A DNA stretch of 37,323 nucleotides from Methanobacteriota archaeon (lineage in GTDB: Archaea > Halobacteriota > Methanocellia > Methanocellales > Methanocellaceae), in contig JAEZKS010000243.1 of NCBI GenBank assembly GCA_023436075.1, positions 1-37,323 on the forward strand. The letters run 5' to 3'. Position numbers and translations under genes: made by a program. Below are positions 17,354-26,749 of this stretch, one piece after another (positions within the stretch are counted from its first letter, which is position 1; each line of letters begins with the position of its first letter). The notes beneath the pieces were generated by a model. It made no database searches, had not been told where the DNA came from, and was given only the letters and a program-made list of their open reading frames with translations.

Positions 17354-18598
17354 ATGAGTGTCACGGAGACGTACGCCACCCGCATCAGGGGACAGTTTGG
17401 CGTCCAGCTGTTCAAGAACTCGTTTTTCATCATCCTGAACAAGCTGACGGTCGCCGGGTCGGGGTTCATCTTCTGGTGGCTGGCGGCCAGATACTACTCT
17501 ACAGGCGACGTAGGCCTGGCCACGGCGCTGATCTCGTCGGCCAGCCTGATCATGCAGTTCTCGTTCCTGGGATTTGACTACTCGACAATCCGGTTCTTCT
17601 CGAAGTACGACCGCAGCAAAATCTATAACACCTGCATGATCCTGACGACATCTATCGCGCTGACGCTGGGCATCGGATACCTGGCATTCGTCAACGTCTT
17701 CTCCCCGGAACTGGCCTTCATCCAGCAGCCCGTCTACGCAGTGGTATTTCTCGCCTACATCACAGTGAGCATCATAGCTCAAATCAACAATATTTCATTC
17801 ATCGCGATGCGGAGAGCTGAAATCAGCTTCGTGCAGAACCTGTTGCTGGTTCTGCGGCTGCCGCTGCTGATACCGCTGGTCTTTCTGGGCGCTTTCGGCA
17901 TTCTGACCTCGATCGGGATGGCGTACGTGCTGGCCTGTCTGGTCACCATATACCTGATGAGCTATTTCGTCAGCATGCGGCTGAATGTCGACCAGTCGTT
18001 CGTAAAGACCTCACTGAAGTTCTCCTTCGGCAACTACGTCGCCCAGATCTTACTGAACTTCACCTACCTGGTGCTGCCGATCATGATCCTGAACCTCCTG
18101 GGTCCGGAAGAGGCCGCCAAATACTACATCGCCTACACGATCGGCAATTTCCTGCTGCAGGTGCCCGACGCAGTCGGCATGTCGCTGTTCGTCGAGGGCA
18201 GTCACGGCGAGTCGATGCGCAAGAACGTGGTCCGGGCAGCCACCGCTATTTACGCAGTGCTCATCCCGGGAGTGATCTTCATATTCCTCTTCGGAGGCTG
18301 GCTGCTGGCAGAAGGATTCGGTAAGGACTACGCCGAATCGATCACGCTGCTCAGGCTGTTCGCGCTGGTGAGCCTGTTCTTCGCGATCTATTGCCTGATG
18401 GTGCCCATCCAGAACGTGCGCATGAATGTGAAACGGATCATCCACATCAACATGATCATATTCGTGCTGTTCCTGGGCATGTCCTACCTCTTCCTGACGC
18501 ACTTCGGCATCGTCGGGGTAGGGCTGGCGCTGCTGCTGACGTACGCGATCGTGGACGTAATTATCTTGGGGCTGGCGAAGGTGGAGGGCTGGTTTTGA
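17354..18598 (+). CDS. Wzx-like oligosaccharide flippase (MOP superfamily)
   Basis: About 12 hydrophobic segments. LFKNSFFI..GFIFWWLAARYYSTGDVGLA..LGFDYSTIRF and KFSFGNY..LLGPEEAAKYYIAY patterns. Glycan-locus context. Confidence 0.88.
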   Translation: MSVTETYATRIRGQFGVQLFKNSFFIILNKLTVAGSGFIFWWLAARYYSTGDVGLATALISSASLIMQFSFLGFDYSTIRFFSKYDRSKIYNTCMILTTSIALTLGIGYLAFVNVFSPELAFIQQPVYAVVFLAYITVSIIAQINNISFIAMRRAEISFVQNLLLVLRLPLLIPLVFLGAFGILTSIGMAYVLACLVTIYLMSYFVSMRLNVDQSFVKTSLKFSFGNYVAQILLNFTYLVLPIMILNLLGPEEAAKYYIAYTIGNFLLQVPDAVGMSLFVEGSHGESMRKNVVRAATAIYAVLIPGVIFIFLFGGWLLAEGFGKDYAESITLLRLFALVSLFFAIYCLMVPIQNVRMNVKRIIHINMIIFVLFLGMSYLFLTHFGIVGVGLALLLTYAIVDVIILGLAKVEGWF

Positions 18599-18634
18599 TG
18601 GTAAAAATCGCAAAAATGGCAACGATGTGATGAA

Positions 18635-20539
18635 ATGAGCTATGGCATATCCGCTTTGATCAGAGACCGCAGCCAGTTCCTTGGCCTGCTGGGAAACTTC
18701 GTGCTCTACGCCTTCCCGGCGCTGGGCATCCTCGGAGCGCTCGCCCTTCTAGCGCTGGGACAATACCAATACCTCATCCTGAGCACGTACATGATTGTGC
18801 CAATCATCTGTGCTCCGGTCGCGTACATGATGCTTCGCAAGAGGCCGGAGACCGGATCGACAGCGAGCGATGACCTGTTCAAGGTCATGGTCGCGGGATT
18901 CTTCATGTGCTTCGCGTTCTCGCTCACGCTGCTCTACGCCTTTGAAGTTCGACCGACGCTGTATTACGTGGTCGTGGCGGCCATGGCCACGCTCATCTTC
19001 GTCCAGATCATCCGTGCAAATCTCACCCAGGGCAAGGTCGCCGCGATCCTGCTCCAGATCATAGCCCTGGTGCTGAACGTCTGCTGGGGAATCTCGCTCC
19101 ACTACTACCAGTACGTCGGCCGGACGGACATTCTGATCCACACATATTATACGAACAGTCTGATACAGCTCGGGCACGTGACATCGGTCTTCTACGACTA
19201 TCAGCCGTTCCCACTCTGGCATATCATGAACACAGGCATATACCTGGCGGGGGGAGCAGGGTTCCCTGTAGACAAGGTCATGGCTATCTCGGGAGGCCTG
19301 GCGTTTGCGGTGCTGCCCGTCATCGTCTACCTGATCGGCGCGAAGCTGTTCAAGGACAATCGCACTGCGCTCATAGCTGCGCTGATCACGGTATTCTTCC
19401 CGGATATTATCTTAATGGGGGCCTCGACGATCCCCCGGGTCATCGCCGAGATTCTGATGGTGTTCCTCGTGTACCTGTTGCTCACCCAGAAGAGCAAGGT
19501 CCGGTACCTGCTGATCGTGCCGATCCTGGCCGCGATCATCGTCTACCACTCGATCTCCATCCTCTTCACTGCGGTCATCCTGCTGGCGCTGTACGTCCTG
19601 CAGATACTATTCGTGAAGAAGGAGGAGCGGTTCGTGAGCATCTGGCACGTGGCGCTGGCGCTGGGCATGACCGCCGTGTACTGGGTGACGAACGCTGAGA
19701 TACTCATCCAGCGGCTGATCAATAATGCCACGGCGACGACTGATACACTAAACATCCCCAAAGCGTTGATACAGAACGCCCCGTGGAATGAGCTGTTCAA
19801 CTACCTCCAGTACATGCCGGCCATCCTTTTCATACTCGCCGGATTCCTGCTGCTGGCGCTGACGAAGAAGCACGACAACCGGGCACGGATATTCGGCCTC
19901 GCAGCGCTGGTCTTCGTCTGGGTGTCCTTCCCCGGGCCGCTGCTGATGATCGGCAAGCTAGTGGAGAGTTTCGGCATCGATCGCTTTGCCGAGTACACCT
20001 TCCTGATCCTGATCCTGATCGCCGCCGCGGGGATCGCCGGGCTACTCTATCGCTCTGGGCGTTATGGCAAGGCGATCATCGTCGCGCTGTTCTGTATCTG
20101 GGCCCTGCTGGCGGTGTCCAGCGACTGGGTGGCCTCGGACAACCCGCTGGTGAAGCGGCCGTTCTACACCTACTACTTCTCCGAGCAGGAGATCTCGGGC
20201 ATGGACCGGCTGGTGACCCACGCAACGGGCATCCTGGAATCCGACTACGTCCCCAACCGGTATTACGAGGGCTCGGACAATGTGGCCTATACGACCATTC
20301 TGGAGGTGGATGTGCCGAACATGACCTTCGTGCGCCACAGCCCGGCTGACGTACTGCTGATCCGCGATGGCGAGCAGGACAAACGGGATTTGCGCGTCGC
20401 GGTGCTGAACAGCTCGAAGTTCATATCCAAGCCGGAAGCGGGCGATTACGTGTACATCGACCGCAACCAGAGCGTCTGGGACACGCTGGTCGAGTACAAC
20501 CGGGTCTACGACTCGAAGGCTATACAGGCGTATAATTGA
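18635..20539 (+). CDS. Multipass membrane protein, probable GT-C fold glycosyltransferase / polysaccharide polymerase
   Basis: More than 12 TM segments. GRTDILIH..YQPFPLWHI loop, YH motif, C-terminal soluble domain ending NRVYDS. Directly downstream of the flippase. Confidence 0.65.
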   Translation: MSYGISALIRDRSQFLGLLGNFVLYAFPALGILGALALLALGQYQYLILSTYMIVPIICAPVAYMMLRKRPETGSTASDDLFKVMVAGFFMCFAFSLTLLYAFEVRPTLYYVVVAAMATLIFVQIIRANLTQGKVAAILLQIIALVLNVCWGISLHYYQYVGRTDILIHTYYTNSLIQLGHVTSVFYDYQPFPLWHIMNTGIYLAGGAGFPVDKVMAISGGLAFAVLPVIVYLIGAKLFKDNRTALIAALITVFFPDIILMGASTIPRVIAEILMVFLVYLLLTQKSKVRYLLIVPILAAIIVYHSISILFTAVILLALYVLQILFVKKEERFVSIWHVALALGMTAVYWVTNAEILIQRLINNATATTDTLNIPKALIQNAPWNELFNYLQYMPAILFILAGFLLLALTKKHDNRARIFGLAALVFVWVSFPGPLLMIGKLVESFGIDRFAEYTFLILILIAAAGIAGLLYRSGRYGKAIIVALFCIWALLAVSSDWVASDNPLVKRPFYTYYFSEQEISGMDRLVTHATGILESDYVPNRYYEGSDNVAYTTILEVDVPNMTFVRHSPADVLLIRDGEQDKRDLRVAVLNSSKFISKPEAGDYVYIDRNQSVWDTLVEYNRVYDSKAIQAYN

Positions 20540-20558
20540 GGACGCAACGGGCAGTCTC

Positions 20559-20609
20559 GCGGATGAAACGGGCCGGGCAATCGTCGTATGCCCTGCCTCG
20601 TTCATTCGC
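20559..20609. terminator. Hairpin after 18635-20539, possible terminator/stability element
   Basis: GCGGATGAAACGGGCCGGGCA pairs imperfectly with TGCCCTGCCTCGTTCATTCGC, between convergent operons. Confidence 0.5.
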
Positions 20610-20650
20610 ATGCGTGTGACTGAGCTACCAGGCCCTCTTTTGCCGTCGCC

Positions 20651-20686
20651 CTCTGCGTTCTCTGCGCCTCCTCTGCGCTCTCTGCG
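20651..20686. repeat. Tandem CTCTGCG array (4 copies, 9/11/9-nt spacing)
   Basis: CTCTGCGTT CTCTGCGCCTC CTCTGCGCT CTCTGCG read directly. Confidence 0.85.
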
Positions 20687-20811
20687 AGGATTTCGTTCAT
20701 CGCTTTGAATTAATATGATAGCGACGTAGCCTTGTTTCAGGCTATGTGTCGAGTACCAGAGAACAGTTTTATTCCCGCAAAGAAAGGATGGGCAATAATC
20801 GTAAGCTACGC

Positions 20812-20915
20812 CATGGGCTCCCGCGCACGCGCGCGAAGACGCCGCCATTTTACAGGCTACACTATACCATAGACTATCGACATGGGCTCCCGCGCACGCG
20901 CGCGAAGACGCCGCC
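20812..20915. repeat. Two exact 35-bp direct repeats separated by a 34-bp unique spacer
   Basis: CATGGGCTCCCGCGCACGCGCGCGAAGACGCCGCC at 20812-20846 and 20881-20915. Confidence 0.9.
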
Positions 20916-20941
20916 CTGACCGCCTGTCACAGGTTAAAAAA

Positions 20942-22435
20942 TTACTTTGCCATCGCTATCGGAGCGACGGACTGCTTTTCTTGCAGTTCTGCAACAGGCG
21001 ACGATTTATATTCTATATGCCCCTTCCAGCCCGCTGGTGGCACGAGCGCGCAGTTGTAGGCGTCGTACACCTTTTCGAACCGATCGCAGCGATCGGCAAG
21101 TATCTGGATGCCATGGACCTGTCCGCTGAAAAGCGCATACTTCCGCGCATTCCGGGCGAAGGTGATCGTCGGGATCTTCCGGTAGTCGAAACCCATGATG
21201 CCGCTGCATACCGCGTCGATCTCAACGGGGCTGACTCCGGCCACAAGTACGCCACATTTCCGGGGCATCGGCGTCATGGGGCCTTCTTTCTCGCCGGCCA
21301 CGATGCCGTCTATAAGCACGAACAGCCTGCGCTGAAGCTGATCTCTCATGATTCCATCTTTATCGGCGTACATGAGTATCTTATTCATGTCGATGATGGT
21401 GCGGGGGATAGTCTCATTGCCATGCCAGCTCCCCTGCAGGTAAGGATCGCTGAAAGGGATCACTTTCTTTGAGATAACTAATACAATGCTCATCGCGCGC
21501 ATGGGCATGATGCGCAGCATGCTGTCTGATGCCACCATCTCCTCCTTGAGGCGTACGAAGGCTGCCTTTCGCAGATCCCGGCGCTCGTACTCGTCGCCGC
21601 CTTTTTCGGCCGGTCCGATACGGTGGTGAGGCAGCCAGTCCTTGGCGCCGTTAATGCCGATCAGGTTCTTGAGGGCGCAACTGATGCCGGTCTTCGCATG
21701 TGTCTTCAGCTTGGGCACGCTGATCACCACATCGGCATCCAGGACGCTGGCGCTGACGAGGTACTCGTTCTTCTCGCGGCTGTGGTGCCGAATCATCTCG
21801 TCCCGCCGGTAGTCGGCAACCCGGAACTTCTCGCAGTCGGCGATGATATCGTAGTGTTCCGAATCAGATTTCAGGTCGACGACCTTGTATCCCATTGGGT
21901 CGCCATCCAGCGGACGGACAGCCACGCCCCCGATCTTTCGCGTTCGGCCCCGGATCTGCATCAGGTTGAGCACTGGCACGGTCATCCCGTGATCGGCATA
22001 GTGCCGTGAGATTTCTCCCAGACCCGTCAGGCGTACGACTTCGTCAAAATCAGTTTCGAGCTGTGGCGAATCGCCGACGGTCAGCTTTCCTTTGCCCTGC
22101 AGCGCGATGTAAGCGTAGTCCGAGATCGCGCGGATGACGCTGCCCTGTGCGATCAGGCACTCGATGCCTCCGGCAGGGTTATGGTGCCCGACCAGGTTCG
22201 GCTTGACGAACACGCGGTCGCCAGGACGGATGATGCTACCCAGCGGATTCCATGACGGCTGCCCGAAGTGTTCCGTATCAAGGCTCATGCGATATAATAG
22301 TTGCCGGACTGCCCCGTAGACCCGGTTGCCCGGACACAGGCCCTCGAACGGATACTCCGGATATCGCTCTGACGGGTGGAATGGCGCCTCGCGGCAGTAG
22401 TCCAGCGACTCGTCCTTCGATATAGCCACAGTCAT
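20942..22435 (-). CDS. DUF362 domain protein
   Basis: IIRPGDRVFVKPNLV, VGDSP, ADVVISVPKLKTH, SCALKNLIG, IDGIVAGEKEGP and PVEIDAVC..IMGFD motifs of DUF362. Confidence 0.85.
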   Translation of the reverse strand: MTVAISKDESLDYCREAPFHPSERYPEYPFEGLCPGNRVYGAVRQLLYRMSLDTEHFGQPSWNPLGSIIRPGDRVFVKPNLVGHHNPAGGIECLIAQGSVIRAISDYAYIALQGKGKLTVGDSPQLETDFDEVVRLTGLGEISRHYADHGMTVPVLNLMQIRGRTRKIGGVAVRPLDGDPMGYKVVDLKSDSEHYDIIADCEKFRVADYRRDEMIRHHSREKNEYLVSASVLDADVVISVPKLKTHAKTGISCALKNLIGINGAKDWLPHHRIGPAEKGGDEYERRDLRKAAFVRLKEEMVASDSMLRIMPMRAMSIVLVISKKVIPFSDPYLQGSWHGNETIPRTIIDMNKILMYADKDGIMRDQLQRRLFVLIDGIVAGEKEGPMTPMPRKCGVLVAGVSPVEIDAVCSGIMGFDYRKIPTITFARNARKYALFSGQVHGIQILADRCDRFEKVYDAYNCALVPPAGWKGHIEYKSSPVAELQEKQSVAPIAMAK

Positions 22436-22436
22436 G

Positions 22437-23438
22437 CTAAACCCACGCCCTGATTACGTTATTGAAGGTCCATTCGGCGATGCTGCCGAGAGCGTCTTTC
22501 TTGTTCACGTAGAACTTGAGCTCCAGCCCGGGGTTGAACTTGGACTTGAATGGCAACACCCGGCGGACATCGGCGCCGGGTATCTCGAAGGTCTTCATGC
22601 CGGCAGACTTTTCCATCTTGATCAGCTCCCAGAGCATGTACTCGTTATAGTGGCCGGTGGCGCTGCCCAGCCATAGCGTGAACTTGTCCTTGTACTCGGT
22701 GATCACGTGCGCCCCGACGATCTTCTCGCCCTCGCGGAGGAAGTACATCTTGACGTTCTCCGGGTATGCATCGAGGAACTCCTTCACGTAAGCAGGGTCG
22801 CCGGTGTGGTACATGGAGCGGCGGCCCTTCGCCTTGAAGTTGTCGCTCATGATCCGGTAGAACTCCCTGACATCGTCAGATCTCTCCATGACCAGCCCCA
22901 GGCCTTCGCAGTGCTTGATCTGTTTCTTACAGGTCGAGTCGAACCCCGCCCAGATCTCTTCCAGCGGCTGGGCCAGGCCGATGTAGTAATCGTAGGAGAC
23001 GTCAGCGTGGTAATTGTTCCACAGGAAAGGCCGGACATCGTCAAAACAGGGCTCCGTCTGCATGGTCATGAAGTTAGGGGCCAGCTTCCCGATCTCGGCG
23101 TTGATCTCATCGACTGCCTCGCTCAGGTACGTCTCTTTGCGCTTCTGCTTGAGTCCCCGGTACGTGGGCCCCATGACGGGCCCGAGGTATGGTATCTGCG
23201 TCTGCGGCGGAGGGGAAAAGACGAGCTTCATGCCCCGGTACCTCCGGAAGTACAGCGGAAAGAGGCCGATCAGCTCGGCGCCGCGGTAAATGCCGTATGG
23301 CAACAGCCGGTACGGAGAATATTTCTCGACGACCTTCAGCGCCTGCCACCGGTGGAAGATCGAGCCGTACGGGGTCTCGTCCAGGAACCTGTCCCAGACA
23401 GCACCATCTTCGATTAGCCTGACCGTCATGTTATTCAT
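22437..23438 (-). CDS. FemAB-like / GNAT-fold acyl- or aminoacyl-transferase
   Basis: WDRFLDETPYGSIFH.W, L..PLEEIWAGF, LWELIK and FKSKFNP typical of double-GNAT Fem-like proteins. Paralog of 23446-24498. Confidence 0.85.
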   Translation of the reverse strand: MNNMTVRLIEDGAVWDRFLDETPYGSIFHRWQALKVVEKYSPYRLLPYGIYRGAELIGLFPLYFRRYRGMKLVFSPPPQTQIPYLGPVMGPTYRGLKQKRKETYLSEAVDEINAEIGKLAPNFMTMQTEPCFDDVRPFLWNNYHADVSYDYYIGLAQPLEEIWAGFDSTCKKQIKHCEGLGLVMERSDDVREFYRIMSDNFKAKGRRSMYHTGDPAYVKEFLDAYPENVKMYFLREGEKIVGAHVITEYKDKFTLWLGSATGHYNEYMLWELIKMEKSAGMKTFEIPGADVRRVLPFKSKFNPGLELKFYVNKKDALGSIAEWTFNNVIRAWV

Positions 23439-23445
23439 CTCCTGT

Positions 23446-24498
23446 TTATGTCTGAGCCGTCTTCGGGCGGGATTGAGCCAGCCTGTGTGCCAGCGTTTTC
23501 ACCGGCGATCTTCGCATGAAGTTGTAGTACGCCCACTCGGCCGCTTCGCCCAGCGGGTCCTTCCGATGGATGGCATAGCAGACCTCCAGACGGGGATTGT
23601 ACTTCGACTTGTACTGGGACAGGCGCCGGTCGCCGGCGCCCTGGAGCTCGAACTCAGTGCATCCTTCCTCCTTCGCCATCCGGATAAGCGTCCAGACCAT
23701 GTGGTCGTTGCCGGCGATGCCGCTGTCCATGCGGGCGTTGCCCATCCAGTGGATCATGCGGCCCTTGTACTGGATGACGGTGATCACCGATGCGATCTCT
23801 TCGCCGTTGTACAGGAAGTACATCCGGATGTTGTCCGGGAAAGCATCAAGCAGATCCTTCAGGTACCCGGCGCCTTTCATCGGGAACGTCATGCCCTGCT
23901 CGGCGTAGCGCCGTGTCACCACGTCGTAGAAGGTCTTCGTGTCCGTCATCCGCTCGACCCGCAGCGGCAGCTTTGCGACGTTCTTGAGGTTCCACCGTAG
24001 CTTGGTGCCGAAGCCGGCCCAGATCTCATCAAGCGGCCGGGTCAGGTCGACGATGTAGGTAAAGTGGGAAACCTCCTGGTAGCCGTTCCACTGGAACGGC
24101 CGGATGTCCCTGAACCCCGGCGGCAACTGGATGTACGTGTAGCTTGGCGAGAGCTTCTTGATCTCGGCGCTGACCTCGTCAACCACCATCTGCAGCTGGG
24201 TTTCCCGAGTATTGGGCTTCACCTGGTCATAGCTGGCGTTCATGGTGGGCCCGAGGTAGGGAATGCACGACAGCGGGGGCGGGGCGAATACCGACTTCAG
24301 CATGAGGTCTTTCTTGTAGAACAGCGGAAAGAGCGAAAGCAGGTTCGTTCCCTGATATATGCCCATGGGCAGCAGCTTCCAGCCTGTATGTTTCTCAGCG
24401 ATCTTCAGGAAGTCCCATTTGTGGAACAGCAGCCCGTACGGGCTCTGGTCGACCGTGCGGTCCCACAGCTCGCGATCGTCAATAATCGAAATAGCCAT
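23446..24498 (-). CDS. FemAB-like / GNAT-fold acyl- or aminoacyl-transferase
   Basis: WDRTVDQSPYGLLFHKW, YIVDLTRPLDEIWAGF, VWTLIRMAKEEG..FELQGA and YKSKYNP. Confidence 0.85.
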   Translation of the reverse strand: MAISIIDDRELWDRTVDQSPYGLLFHKWDFLKIAEKHTGWKLLPMGIYQGTNLLSLFPLFYKKDLMLKSVFAPPPLSCIPYLGPTMNASYDQVKPNTRETQLQMVVDEVSAEIKKLSPSYTYIQLPPGFRDIRPFQWNGYQEVSHFTYIVDLTRPLDEIWAGFGTKLRWNLKNVAKLPLRVERMTDTKTFYDVVTRRYAEQGMTFPMKGAGYLKDLLDAFPDNIRMYFLYNGEEIASVITVIQYKGRMIHWMGNARMDSGIAGNDHMVWTLIRMAKEEGCTEFELQGAGDRRLSQYKSKYNPRLEVCYAIHRKDPLGEAAEWAYYNFMRRSPVKTLAHRLAQSRPKTAQT

Positions 24499-25570
24499 GT
24501 TTCATGCCCCATTGCCATATGTTCTCGCCGCTGGTGATCCAGGCGTTCTTGTCCCGGCAGTAGCGCAGTATTTTCCGGTACATCTGCGTCCACGACCTGC
24601 GGAAGCCCGATGCCAGCACGCTGTTATGCCAGAGCAGTGTAATCACGCCGCCACAGGCGGCCACATCGTCGACGAGCCGCCGGGCGACGGGCCACGCCTC
24701 CTCGAAGGTCCTGTTCCCCCAGAACAGGCTCTCGTCCATGATGGTCAGCGGGATCTCCGCGATGTCTACCGGCCGTCCCGTGACGAGGCTGAAAGGCCGG
24801 AACGGGTGGCACATGCCGTTGCGGAAGCCGGGCCGATCGTTATAGCCCAGCGTGGTGTCGTAGCCGAACCCTGCCTGAGCCAGGAGGTTCCAGGTGTCTG
24901 GAACCTTGAACGAGAGGTAATGGTTCCGGTATCCGCGGATGGTCCGGTTGAGGACGCGCTCCACCCGCTGCTTCTCCTCCTTCATTGCCTCGATGTTGCC
25001 GTAAGTGTGATAGCCTCCGTGCAGACCGACCTCACAGCCCTGGTCCGCGATCTCTCCGAGATCGTTCTCCAGGTCCTCCACGTCGTACCTGAATCTCCGG
25101 ATGTCGTTGCCATTGCCCAGGAAGTAAAACGAAGACACGCCGTCGAACTCCTTCTCCAGTCGGATGATCTCCCGAAAGTTCCGATACGGGCTGTGCCTGC
25201 GTCCGGAGAATTTCCAGGCGAACTGCCGACTGACGCCAGGCAGGTCGAGGTACGCGAGGTTATGGGCCGCCGAGAGGAGCATATGTCCGCCTGGCGGGTA
25301 GATATCGTCAATGTCATGCGTCAGGCATACGCCGAAGCTGCGACCTTCGGGGTACTCCCAGCGCATCCCGTGCTCGCTCAGGAACCGGGACACCGGGGCG
25401 ACGCTGACGTCGCCGCGGCCGTTGAGCCGGTACAGTGACCTGTGCTCTACAGCCTTATCCCGGTTATAGTCGTCTTTCCGGGTGAAGAGGTCCCAGAGGT
25501 CGCTCCGCTTCATGAGCTGATCGTATGCCTGTGCTGTCATGGTGATCGAGTGCTCTCGAATGGCTTGCAT
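24479..25570 (-). CDS. Polysaccharide deacetylase (CE4/NodB-like)
   Basis: LTHDID, SSFYFL, EVGLHG, GYRNHYL, GFGYDTTLG, EIPLTIMD and TLLWHN motifs. Confidence 0.9.
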   Translation of the reverse strand: MQAIREHSITMTAQAYDQLMKRSDLWDLFTRKDDYNRDKAVEHRSLYRLNGRGDVSVAPVSRFLSEHGMRWEYPEGRSFGVCLTHDIDDIYPPGGHMLLSAAHNLAYLDLPGVSRQFAWKFSGRRHSPYRNFREIIRLEKEFDGVSSFYFLGNGNDIRRFRYDVEDLENDLGEIADQGCEVGLHGGYHTYGNIEAMKEEKQRVERVLNRTIRGYRNHYLSFKVPDTWNLLAQAGFGYDTTLGYNDRPGFRNGMCHPFRPFSLVTGRPVDIAEIPLTIMDESLFWGNRTFEEAWPVARRLVDDVAACGGVITLLWHNSVLASGFRRSWTQMYRKILRYCRDKNAWITSGENIWQWGMKHGYFDY

Positions 25571-25596
25571 GGCAATTGTAATTATAATATTATTTC

Positions 25597-25606
25597 TATA
25601 TAAACG
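25597..25606 (-). promoter_or_regulatory. Internal TATA box for deacetylase-GNAT-GNAT-DUF362 unit
   Basis: Minus strand TTTATATA at 25597-25604, about 27 nt upstream of ATG 25570, in a short AT-rich gap. Confidence 0.6.
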
Positions 25607-25645
25607 TTTAGTTTTTATCGTCAGGGTAGTATCGCAGACAGGCGG

Positions 25646-26749
25646 CTACGAGCCTGATCCACTCCGGCACAGGGAAGCCCCATGATCCCGACACGACGCG
25701 AAGCTCGCCGGGTACTCTTCCACGAATTTTACCATGAAGGCGTTGACATCGATCTTTTCTTTCAGCATGACGTCGCGTTTTGCCCGCCATTCGTCCTTGA
25801 GTCCGGGCCTGGCGACGAGGGCGAGCGCCCGATCTAGCGCCTCTTGCGGGGTGGCGAAGTTATATATCAGACCGTAGCGACGCTCAAGTTCGGCAAAGTT
25901 ACCGAAGTCGTTGCGGGCCGCTATGCTGTCACATCGCACGACAGGCGTGCCCAGCAGGGCCGCCTCGGTGGTCATGGTGCCGGAATCGCAGACCAGCAGC
26001 CTCGCATAGTGCAGCAGGCTGTGGATCACGCCCGGTGGAGTCGCCAGACGGTACGGCTCGAGATCGGCCGGCATGGGCAACTCGGAGGAAATGAAGACCC
26101 GGCCGTGCTTTTCCAGCTCTCGCACCGCACGCCGCTTCGTCTTCAAGTCGAAACCCGAGTGGCCGATGTCGTTGGCCGCGTTCCAGCCCACGAACCGCAG
26201 GATCGTATATGGCTCGTCTCTGTCGATGCCTGCCAGGCCCAACACCGAAGGGTCGGGCCGGAAATAGTCGGGATGGAGGTAGGCCAGCTCGATGTAGCCG
26301 TCATAGCGGATGTGCTTGCGGCCGAAGTTCTTCCGGAAACACGCCGGCGTCAGGATGGCGTCGGTGAACGGCACGTAGAGCATGTGCTCGATCGGCGACG
26401 GCTCTGTGTCGTCGAAGGCGATGGCAGGCCTGCGCATCAGCCGTGACACATGCGCGTTCCTGATCGAGCCGAAGCCGATGAACAGGTCGGGCCGGAACTT
26501 GCGGACGGCCTCGTACATCTTCAGGTCGAGCCGGGGGATGTTCAGGGCCTTTTTCGCCATGGTGTTTCCATAGCTCCCCAGCGGCACGAAGTCGAGGCCG
26601 TACTCCCGCAGCAACTGGAAGGTGATCTCCTTTTCGCTGGCGGTGATCAGCACCTCGTGACCGTGCTTCCGCACGTCGTGCACGAAGTTCTTGAAGTAGT
26701 GCACCTGGCCAGGGTGGTTGATGTCGACCACTATGCGCACGACGATCAC
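25646..26749 (-). CDS. DUF354 family protein (GT-B fold, putative glycosyltransferase)
   Basis: VDINHPGQVHYFK, FDDTE, YDGYIELAYLHPDYFRPD, LRFVGWNA and DSGTMTTEAALLGTP motifs. Confidence 0.88.
   Translation of the reverse strand: MIVVRIVVDINHPGQVHYFKNFVHDVRKHGHEVLITASEKEITFQLLREYGLDFVPLGSYGNTMAKKALNIPRLDLKMYEAVRKFRPDLFIGFGSIRNAHVSRLMRRPAIAFDDTEPSPIEHMLYVPFTDAILTPACFRKNFGRKHIRYDGYIELAYLHPDYFRPDPSVLGLAGIDRDEPYTILRFVGWNAANDIGHSGFDLKTKRRAVRELEKHGRVFISSELPMPADLEPYRLATPPGVIHSLLHYARLLVCDSGTMTTEAALLGTPVVRCDSIAARNDFGNFAELERRYGLIYNFATPQEALDRALALVARPGLKDEWRAKRDVMLKEKIDVNAFMVKFVEEYPASFASCRDHGASLCRSGSGS

Noticed and set aside
20812..20915. CRISPR array call
   Set aside because: Only two repeats, no typical repeat terminus, no cas genes in the window, and the repeat core is a dispersed motif. 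Kept as a repeat, not CRISPR.
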